The position numbers were made by a program, and so were the translations under genes. Positions 34,846 to 47,032 of a stretch of 64,000 bases of DNA are shown here, in pieces. Position 1 is the stretch's first letter. Each line of letters begins with the position of its first letter. Location: the NCBI GenBank assembly GCA_030704615.1, contig CM060731.1, positions 86,676,001-86,740,000 on the forward strand, read 5' to 3'. Under the pieces are notes generated by a model. That model saw only the letters and a program-made list of their open reading frames with translations, did no database searches and had not been told where the DNA came from. The stretch is from Takakia lepidozioides. Its lineage: Eukaryota; Plantae; Bryophyta.

Positions 34846-37800
34846 TCAGTTCCTGTACTTGCTATATCTCTTGGGGATGTAAGGTGGTGGCATGCATGTC
34901 TGCGAGGTAGGAAGTGCGTCCCAGGATTGTCGTGGTGGCAGCTTCTTGTTCCTGTTATCGTCACTGTCTGGTTGCTCCTCTGGTTCGTGAGTAGGCCAGC
35001 TTTCTTCATCAGGGTGTTCTGCTATCCCGTCCCCACGTACGATATCGATTTTGTTGGTCAAGGTTTCGCGGTAGGTTTGCAGCTCCTCCTTGGTCCAGGG
35101 TATAATGTGTTTTGTTGCCCTGTTGCCCATTAACCAGTTAACAGCTTGGACCCCTGTTTCTCTGAAAGGGTGGTCTCTGTCCAATACCAATGGTGAAAAG
35201 TGGTCCTTCGCCTGGCGCCATGCTTCAGCATACAGTGGCCTATTCATATATGCTGAAGTGCCTGTGACTCTCTCGGGTGGCTGGAATTTGGGTAATTCCC
35301 AGTGAGTATTTTTTTCAATACTCTCATAGCGCTGCCAGCTTCCCCTCATTGTCACGAACATGCGGTACAAGTAACTGCCAATATAAAAACTTGGGCATCC
35401 CATCACAATGGTTACTGCTGGGGTAGGATTAATCTTCAATTGCCCCACTGCCCACATGTAAGCTACCAGCTCCTTGTATTCCAGGGGAGCCTGGCGCCAG
35501 AATTCAACCAATTCTGCCCCTGACCATGTCTCCTCCTTAGCCAGTGGCCTCATCCTATATCTCAGAGGAATAAGAGTTTGATTGAGCAGATGCAATTGAC
35601 CCAATGATTTGCAGGGAGTTAAGGTTTTGAAAACCTTCTCCAGTATTTATGGGATTTGGTGGGCTGGTACTACCATCATTTTAAAGTATTCCTCTGAATA
35701 CTTTAACCACTCCATATCCTGCTTGCATGGCATGATTTGGAAATCATCCACTGCTACTGAAGTTGATGCTACTAGGACACTTGGTAGTGTTATAGGGTTT
35801 ACCTCTTGAGTAGTTGGCCCTGCTGTGGCCTGTACCAGTGTCTGTTGGCTTGGTGGTGGTTGTGTTGCTGGTGGTGTTTGTGTTGGTGTTGTTGTTGTTG
35901 ATTGTATTGGTGTCTCTCGTTCGTGATCTTGCTCCTCTTGATCATCTTCATCCATGAGTTTCTCTTGTTCTGGAATTGGTGGCAGGAACTCCTCATGAAT
36001 GTCTGTCACCAATTTTGCCAACTAGCACTTCATCTGTCTCACCATTGCCCTGTTGAGTTTCTTCATCTCCAATTCACTCCCTTCATTCAACCAGGCTCTG
36101 GCTAAGGCTGCGTCTGCTGCATCCAACCCTGCTCGAAATGTCAGCTTCTCCAGCTGCTGCTTCCATTCTTGTTCATTGCCCATGACAATGTCTCTTTATG
36201 TGGTGGCGGTAAACAGCCTGCTCTCAACATTCTCCCTTTGCTTCAGCAGTGTAGTGTTGCTGTTGAGCCACTTGGTTCCCTGATCTCTGGCAGTCCTCAG
36301 CTGCCCCTTGAGTGTCTCCACCTGCTGCTTTAATGTTTGCACCTGTCCTGTGAGTGTTTTCACCTCTGTCTCTGTTTTCCGAGATCTCTCTCGCTCTGCA
36401 TCGAGTTCGGCTTGGACATGGCGTGTTTCGTCTCTCTGTCTTTCCCACTTTTGCTCCCACTCATCTCTGCGTTGTGCCAACGTGTTGTATTGGCGGAGTA
36501 AGGTCAACTTTTGATCTTCTAATGCTGCAATTGTAACCTCATGGTTACATACTGTTCTTGCAGTGGCCAATTCCCTCTGATGCTTCTCTTTGATGTGGTC
36601 TAAGATCATGTTCAGGTTTTCTGGGCTGATGTAATCCTTGGCCCTGTCCATACAAACTGTTGTTAGAGGACTGTAGGGGACTTAGACACTTATACGGGAT
36701 CTGTAGGGTACCCTTAAATTTTGCACAGACTGAGACAAACAGGAACCTTAGGGGTGACAGCAGCGCACTGTAGAAGGGGGTTACATAGCCCACACAGCCG
36801 ACACAGCAGTCACAGCCCACACAGCCAACACAGCCCGTCACAGTCGTCACAGCCCACACAGCCCACACAGCCGTCACAGCCCACACAGCCAACACAGCCC
36901 GTCACAGTAGTCACAGCCCACACAGCCGTCACAGTCGTCACAGCCCACACAGCCCACACAGCCCGTCACAGTCGTCACAGCAGACACAGCCCACACAGCC
37001 AGTCACAGCCCGACTCAGCCAAACACAGCCAGTCACCGCTTGACACAGCTGTCACGATAATAGGGAACGAAGAGTACGACAGGGAACGACTGTGGGAACA
37101 ACACCAGTGAAGGGAACATGTTAGTTCACATACGACGGTTAGAGAGGGAAACGGTTAGAACCGCGGATAGGAGGATAAAGGGAAGAACGGGGAATAGGAA
37201 GGGATGATTATTCGGGGAGGACTTCGGAGACAGGCGGGAGCGGAGATCGGAGAGCACAATGAAGGAGAAAAGAGGATTAGTAGATGCTTGTCATATGCAA
37301 AGCTAGAGTGATATTGTAGAGCAGATTAGAGACATAATGGATTCGGCCTGATACCTGATAAATCATAATCTGATACTTATACGATACAATCACACTGTGT
37401 AGAGAGATCTGAGTGAAGCTGTGGATTGAATGGAGGAGTTAAGGAAACCGATAAATTGATGAAGCAAACTGATACTTAATTATCAATGGTAAGGTAGCAA
37501 AGATGAATGCGGAAAAGGAAACAAATAGGAAACACCCCCATGATACACTAGCTGTAGGTCATGACTGATTGTTCTGCGCGGGCTGAGTACTTAGAGATTT
37601 CCAACTCTTCTATCTTGGAGTTTCCGCCTCGGATAGCGAAGGGATGGGTGAGTAAAAGCCGCGCGACAACTGTCAGTTGCCCCAATGCTTGTATTGCTTG
37701 CAGAATGACATTTTGTGGTGTTTCCTCCAACCCTGTGTCCCATGCTGTTGTATCTAAATCTTGTTGTGCTAGTAGTAATTCCAAATTGGAATTTCTGTCT

Positions 37801-38840
37801 TGCTGCTGCTGACTCGGTGCCTTTTGCACCATCTGCTGTTGCTGCTGGTCGGGTGTCTGTTGCACTATCTGCTGTTGTTGCGCCACTATGTCTCCCTCCT
37901 CTGTGTGTGCTGCTTGCTGTGCTTCGGTGTTGCCATGGCTAATTTCCATGGGCGTTGTTTCGTTGGTCTGTGGTTTGTTCCCTCCTTCTGGCTGTTGATT
38001 CTCCCCTTCTCTCTGTACTAGAGAATCAGCGGTTGAGTTGATGATGTCCTCTATTGCTGCACTTGTGGTTGCTTTGTTGATCCGGGCTCTCTTTGCAAGT
38101 CCGCCCTCCTCTTCTTCCTGACATGTTGCCGTCTCACTTCCTTCTTCCTCCATTGTGTCTACCCGTTGCATGATTCCCAACGTCGCTTGCTCTTCGGCCG
38201 TCAGGTGTACAGTGTGTCGAATCATCTGGAGTAACAATGGAGTTGTCATGGTAACAGTCGCTTCCTTCTTCTTCTTTGTCAACCTGGTCAGTTCTTGAGT
38301 TAACTTCTTCAATAAGAAGCTTGCCCAATTCACGATTTGCCCATTGAAGCAAATCAACACTTAGTCGATTAGCTTCTTGGTACAGTAGCTATGGTTTTGC
38401 CTAAGGCAAAGCAACGTGCTAAGTACTGGGGCTATCTTCCTGAAGCCACGGTTTTTGCTGTGGCTGCATGTATAGCCTTGATCTGCTTGGTTGAGATTCT
38501 CAAACAAATCTGCAAGTACAAACCTTGGAGGTTTGCCGGTGTGCGGTGGTACGTCCAGACTGGGAAGGTGAAATACTTCCGCCAAGTACTTCTCTGTCAG
38601 CAGGATGTGCGTGTCGTGGACATTTGTGCTCCGAGTGCTGGTGTTGTAATTCTCCAAGAACTCCCTGCATAGCTCGTCGTGCTTCAGGTTCCAGTCTAGC
38701 GTGGTGATGAAGTATCACAGGCCAAGACTGGCCAACGTCTCATGTGTCTCTGTGTCCTGCTCAATCTTCCGCAACGTCGGGCTTATTTTGAAATTGACTT
38801 GTGCATAAGAACTTGGTGCCTTCTGCTTGGTGCCTGCCAT
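34846..38840 (-). pseudogene. Additional 3' ORF of family B (~990 aa after removing the solo LTR); Athila/Tat-type extra ORF with a coiled coil
   Basis: MAGTKQKAP...LCREFLENYN...LTEKYLAEVFHLP...VNWASFLLKKL; Q-rich linker; coiled coil 36651-36100. The frame rejoins across the LTR insert (GQLTV-CMDRAKD). Confidence 0.7.
36661..37668 (+). mobile_element. Solo LTR of family A (1008 bp), containing a CACAGCC/GTCACAGC minisatellite
   Basis: TGT...ACA termini; 5-bp TSD ACTGT at 36656-36660 and 37669-37673; homologous to 1-686. Confidence 0.92.
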
Positions 38841-39047
38841 TTCTCTTAGTCTCGCGGTTGTTGTAAGAAATTGGAGCACCAATTCTTGTATCACAAGGAG
38901 TATGAAGCACACTGGAAGTTGTGTATACAACAATTTCCAGTTTGCGGAAGAGAAGGTGAGGAGTTCGCTCCTGGGTTTAAGTAGGGGTTCCTCTCTGTAG
39001 GTTACTCCTCTAAATTCTCTCGAGGTTCTCATGGAGGTAATTCTGTC

Positions 39048-42000
39048 CTACTGGTTGCCTAGGCTTAAAGCGTAGTTAGCTTTAATTGCTGGGCCCAGGC
39101 TTACCATGAAGCATTTAGCCTCAAGTAACGGTTTTGAGAAAACTTCAACCCTTTTGTGCTTGATTTTCTTCCGTTGGTTTTTTCTTCGTGAATTGTTTTG
39201 TTTAAAACTGATGGTCGTTGATGATTGTCCAGTTTTGGTCAGTTTATGTTCATCCTTCTGAGCTATGTTCATCCACTTTGGTACGTGGTCCGTTTTTAGA
39301 TGGGCGGCGTGGGCGCAGTACTTGCAGCTTGGTTTAATGGCTTTGCCCTTATTATCCGCCGTCTTTTGGCAATCCGTTGGATTGCGCCATCGTTCTGCCT
39401 CTGTGTTATGATCGAAGGGTAGTGGTGTATGATTACCACTGTCAGTGGGGTGATCTGGAGCGTACATCTCGGAGTTTAACACAAGCAGTGACTCGTTGGC
39501 CGTTTCGTATTCGTTCACTGTTCTGTAGGGCATCTGTGTTGGCCACGGTTCACCATACGGTATCCGGGGCGGTAATGCTGTCCTCCATATAAATGGTGGT
39601 CTAGCCGTCGTGGTGCCCTGAATTCGTGGTGCCACCTGTCTTAGTACATGCTGATTCACCGTGTTGTGATGAATGTAGTAGGCATTGGTGGTTTCGCGCT
39701 CCTCATCTTCAGTTTGATCTTCCTCGTTGGCGTATAAATCATGTATAAGGGCTTTGTCATGTATTCCCTGGTAGCCTTTTAACTTGTTAATATTAATTCG
39801 TCCCACGAATTTTTGTTCCAAGGTTTGCAAATCAACAGTTCCATTGTCATGTACCCTTTTGATTTGAAATGGTCCCATCCATGGCATTTTCAATTTTCCG
39901 CCCAATTTGATCTTCTTGATTTTTGGTAACCATGATACAATATCCCCGTCCTGGAAAGATTTCTCTTTCCCTTCGGATATTCATTTCCTTTGTTGTTCCT
40001 GAATCCGTGCCATATTATCTGCGGCATCTGCTCGAACTTCTTCCAAATGGAATAACTCATATTCCCTGACTCGTAAGGATTCTTCTAAACCCCATCGTTC
40101 ATGAGTTCCGGTTCGTAGTGTGGGTATCATACATTCAATGGGTAATAGTGCCTCTGCTCCATACACCAGTTGAAATGGTGTATGCTTCGTGGTTACCTTG
40201 TATGATGTCCTAAATGCCCATAGTGCTGTGTTCAATTTGGTGTCCCAATCTGTACGATTGGCATTTACTATCTTGGTTAAGATAGTGCATAATATTTTGT
40301 TGGTAGATTCGGCCTGACCGTTTCCTTGAGGATAGTAAGCAGTACTTTTGTGATGTATAATCATGAACTCCTCTGTCAACATTTTATGGTATCATTTATG
40401 AAATGTGATCCCTGATCACTGACGAATTCCAGTGGGCAACCAAATCGTGTGATGATGTTTTCATATAAGAATTTGGCTGTTGATCTGGCAGTGTTGTCTC
40501 TCAGTGCCTTGGCCTCTACCCATTTGGTAGTGTAGTAAGTGGTTGTGAGGATGTATTGGTTTTGTGTGTACCTTGCTGGAGGTTTAATGGGTCCCACGAA
40601 GTCTAGTCCCCAGCGCTGAAATGGTTCTGTTGGTAGTATTGGGTGCAGAGTCCCCTTCCCCGTTCGTTCTACTGGTCCCATCCTCTGGCAGACATCACAC
40701 TGTTGACAGTGTTCATAAGTATCTCCAAATATAGTAGGCCACCAGTAGCCTGCTAGTAATATTTTCTTTGCTGTCAGGTCCGAACTGAAGTGTCCACCTG
40801 CAATTCTTTCGTGTAGTTCTTGCATTATTGTTTTGGCTTGGTCTTTGTTTACACATCTTCTCATTATGGAGTCAATTCCTCTTTTGTACAAAATCCCTTT
40901 GATTAATGTGTATGGCTTGCTTTTCATTGAAAGCTTCCTCCTGTCATCTTTGGTATAATCTTCAGGAAATTTCCCTGTGGTCAGATAGTATTTGATTGGC
41001 CATTGCCAATCATCTTGATATTGATCCTGCATATCTTCTGATTTTTCTTTGGTGACTGTATAAGCTCCAATACTGATATTGGCCAATTCTTGATTGTTTG
41101 TTTCTTCGTTTTCCTTGTCATCTTCTTCATCTGGATCTGGCTCTTCTTCAATAATAAGTCCTTCATCAAGAGGTTCATCTTCATCGGATGAATCTTCTTC
41201 ATCCGTGTCGTCCAAGAGTTTGAGAGTATCTGGAAGGTCATAATCTCCTTGAAACATTCCCAGAGCATTTATAGGATCTGTCTCTTTATCTGGTGCTTCT
41301 GGTTGAACAGTAAATAGAAATGCATCGGGAAGTTGATCTTCTACCCCCATGGCTGGTTCTCCTGTAGTAATCCTTGACAGATGATCTGCTGTAACATGTA
41401 ATCTCCCTGGTTTATGAACAACGTCAAAGTCATACTCATGAAGAAGTAATAACCATCGAGCAACCCTGCCACTAGCTAGTGGTCGATTTGCTAAATGAAC
41501 TAGAGCCCGATGATCAACAATAAACTTAAAGCGATTGCCAAGTAAATAATGCCGAAATTTTTGAACAACATAAATCATTGCCAATGCTTCCCTTTCTGTG
41601 GTGCTATAGTTCTTTTCTGCTGCTGTCAACAATCTGCTTGCATAATAGATTGGTGAATCTATTGTGCCTGTCACATTCTGAGCTAGAACCGCTCCCAAAG
41701 CAATGCCTGATGCATCACTGTGTACATGAAATGGTAAATCCCATCTTGGATTTATCAAAATTGGTGCTGCTGTGAGTGCCTGTTTTAGTGAATCAAATGA
41801 TTCCTGGCAAGCTGGAGACCATCGATATTCGGCATCTTGCTTCAGCAGTCTATAGACTGGTGCCGCTCTGTGAGCATATTTGTCCATGTACCTTCTGTAA
41901 TAGCTCGTCTGTCCCAGAAATCTCTTGAGTTTCTTGGGATTTTCTGGTGGTGGTATTTTCAGGATAACCTCCACTTTCTTTGGATCTACCAGAATTCCCT

Positions 42001-42686
42001 GTTGGCACACAATGTGTCCCAATAATAATCTTGAATTCACACAGAATGTACATTTTTCCGGGTTGAGACTTACTCCATTGTTTCTGCAGGCTTGTAAGCA
42101 AAGTTTTAACTGTGCCAAATGTGTGGATTTTTGTCCAAAGACATTGAAATCATCCAAAAATACCTGCATAAAATCATTGAGATAGTTCTTGAATATTTCA
42201 GATACTGCTCGTTGAAATGTGGCTGGTGCATTGCAAAGTCCAAATGACATGACTTTGTAAGCATATGCTCCCCATTCAGTGATGAATGCGGTCTTCTTCT
42301 GCCATCTGTACCTGGTTGTACCCACTAACCCATCCATGAATGAGTACATCTCATGTCCAGCCATTGTGTCCAACACTATTTCAGTGAAAAGTAGTGGAAA
42401 ATGGTCTTTCTTGGTTCCTGCGTTTAACTTGCGGTAGTCCACACACACTCGTAGTTTTCCATTTTTCTTGGGTACTATCACAATGGGCGATAACCATTGT
42501 GGTGTCTCTACTGGGTATATGAATCCTGCATCCAGTAACTTCTTGATTTCTTCCCAAATTTTAGCTGCATAGTTGGGGTTCATTCTGTAACGGTTCTGAC
42601 GAATTGGTTTTGTGTCAACTTCCAATTCAATTCGGTTCTGACAGATATTAGAAGGTATACCCTTCAAATCCTTGTAGTTCCAGGCA
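39048..42686 (-). pseudogene. pol: Ty3/gypsy pol (RT, RNase H, integrase, GPF module), 5'-truncated and frameshifted
   Basis: [92 protein letters not shown]. Confidence 0.95.
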
Positions 42687-43412
42687 GCTAACTTGCAGAA
42701 TTCAGCATGGAAATGTAGGGCCGATTCTGATAAGAGGGGAAAACAGGGTGAAATGTGTTGAAGAAGGTGCTTCTCCTACCCTATGTTATCTGTTTTTGGA
42801 TACTTTCCTGCTGCTATATCGGCAGTAGCTTGTCAAAGTCACTCCTAACCACCACCGATCCACCCAACGAGCTAAAGTACAGAATTCAATATGCATCTTA
42901 GGGCCGAGTCTGATGAGAGGGCAAAAAATGATGTCCTCCCCCATGTCACAGACTGGAAACAAGTCCAGGGAAGTTTTTTGCCTAACTTCATTTTCATCAG
43001 ACAATTTTCTGGAAACAGACATGGCTTTGGACACTACAGTCTCTAAAGTCAGTAGGGTTGGGGTGTTTGTTGGAACAATTCTAGGCTGTCATTGTCAGCT
43101 GCTAGCAACAAGGCAAGGATGTGTGCATGATTTGTGCAGAGGTCTGGATAGCTGAAGGAGCAGGGATAGAGTGTGGGTCCAGATTCATCCAAGAGGGCCA
43201 AATTTCATGCTCCAGATTACCTATGTTTCTCTGTGGAAAGATAGCTACACAAAACCTGCATGGGTAGATGGTGAACTGGAAGCCGCAGCACTAGCGGCTC
43301 ATTTGATAAAGGTACCTTCTTCAACACATTTCACCCTGTTTTTCCCTCTTATCAGAATCGGCCCTAAAGAGGATCAAGAGAGGGAGTCCACAATGCCTCT
43401 TCTGCTGGGCAT

Positions 43413-45090
43413 GTGAAGATGCTTTGTGAGGCAGGCAGACTGACAGAGGCTCTACAAACTTTAAACCAACGAGGCATTTCAGCAGATTCAGATACGTATG
43501 TCTGTCTCTTGCTTAGGTGCATCAAGATGAAAGGTCTGGAAGCTGGAATCAGGTGCACACTCACATTATCCAAAGTGGATTCATGCCAAATGTTTTTCTA
43601 CTCAACACCCTCAAGTCAACATGTATGTAAGTGTGGGAGCATTGTGGATGCTCACCAAGTTTTCCACAGAGTGCCTCAACGATCTTTGATCACGCGGAAT
43701 ATAATGTTGGCAGGATCTACCAAGGACGGGTGTGGTAGGAATGCTTTGGAGACCTATGAGCAACTGCTGCACGAAGGGTGAAGCCCAACCACATCACGTT
43801 TGTTTGTACTATTTGCAATGCGTGTGCAAGGCTGGGAGCTTTGGAAAAGGGGAAAGAGGTCCATGGTGACATCGTCAAAGCTGGATTTGTACCAAATGTC
43901 ATTCTGAACCCTGCCCTGGTGGACATGTATGCCAAATGTGGGTGCATTGAGGATGCCAAGTGAGTGTTCAACAGTATGGCTGAACGAGATGTGGTGTCGT
44001 GGAACGCGATGCTTGCAGGCTTTCTTCCTTATGCACTCATGCAAGAGACAGAGCTAAGTATCTGAATCTGCTGAATTGTTTCCTTGGTTTATAGGGGGCA
44101 GGGCAAAGAATCATAGGTAGTTTTGTGCTTGAAGTGAGTCTCCTTTTGAAGTGTAAGGGCGTCATGGGTTTCATTTTTTCTGAACTGAGAGCATGTATGG
44201 TAGGGCTGAACGTTGTGGTGCTTGGTGTTTAGAAGAGACTAGTCCATCATGGCATGTGCGGGGTGCGCACTGAAAGAAGTCAATGGAAAGTGAGAGAGAA
44301 CCTTTCGGTTCAGAAACTCTCAAGGTGTACAGAGTATCTAAACTAGCGATGGCTAGAAGTACAATTCATAGTTCCTCGTTGACATGACACTAAGATTATT
44401 GTGTACATAAGTCAGCAAAGGTAGGGTGTCGATTTGTACTAGAAAGCAGTGTGGAGTGCTTAGTTTATCAGTATGGTGTGAAGTCGAGCTGAACTGATCC
44501 ATAGTTTCAGACGTAGGTTGACGATATGATCTGATTGTGGAAGGTATAGGAAGCTGAACGCCCTCTTGCATGAATCTGAACATTCCATCCCTGCTCCTTC
44601 AGCTATTCCTACCAAGAGAGTGCATGCCAGTTGTCCTTCTGAACTCTGCCCTGGTGGACATGTATGCCAAATGTGGGCGCAGCAAGCCTGATGCGAAGGG
44701 AGAGTTCGACAACATGGCTAAACGAGATTTGGTGTTTTGGAGTGCCATGATTGCAAGGTATGTGTAGCATGGAAATGGGATTAAGGCTTTGGAAACCTAA
44801 GAGCAAATGATGTGGGAAGGGATGAAGCTAGACCAGGTCATGTACATTTGTGTTTGTAATATGCATATGCGAGCCTAGCAGCCCTGGGAAGGGGCAAAGA
44901 GGTTCATGGTGACATTATCAAAGCTGGAATTGTACCAGATTTCATTATGAACATTCCCTTGGTGTACATCTACGGCAAATGTGAGCCTGGCAGCCCTAAA
45001 AAGGGCACAAAGGTCCATGGTGACATCGTCAAAGCTGGAATTGTATCACTAGATGTCACTCTAACACTGCCTTGGTGGATATGTTTGTGA
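43413..45090 (+). pseudogene. PLS-class PPR gene fragments
   Basis: LCEAGRLTEAL..DTYVCLL; ACARLGALEKGKEVHGDIVKAG..ALVDMYAKCG..DA..VFNSMAERDVVSWNAML; repeated at 44620-45090. Multiple stops and frameshifts. Confidence 0.9.
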
Positions 45091-45489
45091 AGGCAGCCCT
45101 GGATCAAGTGGATGTCACTTTGGGTGACATGGTAGCTGGCACCACCATTCTCAAGAACTACAAGTTCTTGAATTCATTCTTGAAATGATTTATGATGTTC
45201 TCTTGACATGTCCACAATAGTTCTTTACCTAGCTACACATCAGATTTTCCTTACTCAATGACTTCACTTGGGCAGTGATCTATGGATATGGCAACATGGC
45301 CCTCATCTTGGTCATCTGTAGAATGTGGCCAAAACTTGTTTTAAAAACACTCTTGATATAAATCAATTTTGAGCCATCCAAATGTTTTTGGTTCCTGCCA
45401 TGTATTTGTATTCTATGTTTTGCTGTATTTGTAATATTTTTTCAATGCAGTGCAGCGAATCAATAAATTTAAATTCCGTGCAAGGGGCA

Positions 45490-45700
45490 GGAAATGGACA
45501 AACTTCCATGTCCAAAATTGAAATGTGGCACCGCATTTCCGTTCCGCCCTGCGATTTGGGATGTCCAAAACAGGAAATGGAAAATTGTTGGTGTCCCGCT
45601 TATGGAAATGCGCTGCCGCATTCCAAAACGATGTATTTACCGTTGCCACATTTCCGTTTTTTCGTTCCGACATGGAAATGCGGCACCGCATTTCCGGTTT
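45490..45700. repeat. Short cluster of GAAATGCGGCACCGCATTTCC palindromes (MITE-like)
   Basis: Copies at ~45520, ~45604 and ~45674. Confidence 0.7.
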
Positions 45701-46409
45701 TGGGAAGGAGGTGGTTTCAGAGATGGTGTCATTTAGAAGCATAGGGGAGAGGGGACCTCAAGTGCAGAGAAATACCTTTATATATTCAGGACGAGAATTA
45801 AATTGTACAAATAGTTCTTTAAATTTCTACCCATCTTGGAAATCATCATCACTATCCTCATCTTGTCCTAGACTGTCCTGCTCCCCTTCCACCCCCTCAT
45901 CTTCTTTCTCATGTCCAGCGGACTGGTTGTTGGCTAGGCTTTTGAAAATCCCATCTTCCCCTTGCGGAACTGACCATCTCACCTCCGTTGGGTCGTCGTC
46001 CTCCTTGTCTGCATCGCTCTCTTCCGCGGAATCACATACATACTTCCGCACGCGTCTACTTGTCTCAGCTGCAGCCAACTCTCTCCGCTTCATTCTGTCC
46101 TCCCTAGCCCTCTCCAAAATCAGCTCTACTTTATTGGGATTCTCACATCGTCTAATCGCTGTCTTTGCAAACTTAGCTGCATAACTAGGAAGGGAATAGT
46201 CCTTCACTGGGCTCTTCAGGAAGTCCAACCTCGCAAAGAACGGGACATTCTCCCTGGCAAGAAATGTATGCGCCACTGATTTCAACGCAGATCTTGGAAT
46301 CCTGTACATAATAATCACTTCCCCAGACCATTGAGAACCACAATCCGGCATTCACGTGAAAGAAAGAATGACCCAAAAGGCTTTGCAAACTTACAATGAT
46401 TCCACTCAC

Positions 46410-47030
46410 TCGTATTCCGCCAGGTATATTTGAGCTCATCCTGCAGTGGGGGGGAGGTGTCCAATAGACCAATGGCCATGCAAAAGGAATCCAAGGAGTC
46501 TCTTGCAATGGCTGAGAGGCTGTGATCATTAGGACTTGCTCTATCATCATCTGTCTCAACCATATTAAAGTCACCTCCAACAACCCAATGCTGAATATCA
46601 GTCATCTGCATAGTTTTGAGCCTCAACAAGGACCATAGATCAACGTGTATGCTCTAATTCATTATTTGGAGCATAGATATTAAACAACCCTACTTTCCCA
46701 ATAGACAGGCCCAAGTCCATGGTGATGGATTGTACACGACCCTGGACCCATATGTCGTTTTTTTGACAGGATGCTTGGGTTCAAGGGAGGAGAGACGAAA
46801 ATCGTAGTTCCCCCTCTTGAGTCAGCAACCGTGGGATTCCAATAAGTTGAGCTAGAGGGCCAGATAGAACTCCCTAGAGAAGTAATTTTCACAAGGTCAA
46901 GCTTATGTTCTTGAAGAAAAATGATGGAGGAGCGGTTGAGAAGATTGGAGGCCTAGTGTCTGATCCTGGCTCTTTTCGGAGTAGAGTGATCAGATCCTAT
47001 ACCTCTAATGTTCCAGCTTAAGATCGTCAA
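46410..47030 (-). pseudogene. LINE ORF2 APE endonuclease, 3'-truncated
   Basis: SWNIRG, IIFLQEHK, RGGTTIFV, NIYAPN, WVVGGDFN, YTWRN. Confidence 0.88.
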
Positions 47031-47032
47031 AT

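Noticed and set aside
36545-37110. Repetitive ORFs (TAVWAV / HSPHS)
   Set aside because: Translation artefacts of the LTR CACAGCC minisatellite.
42717-42925. Penelope-type hammerhead ribozyme (CTGATAAG/CTGATGAG...GAAA)
   Set aside because: Stem II cannot pair, and the sequence is an inverted copy of PPR 5' region sequence.
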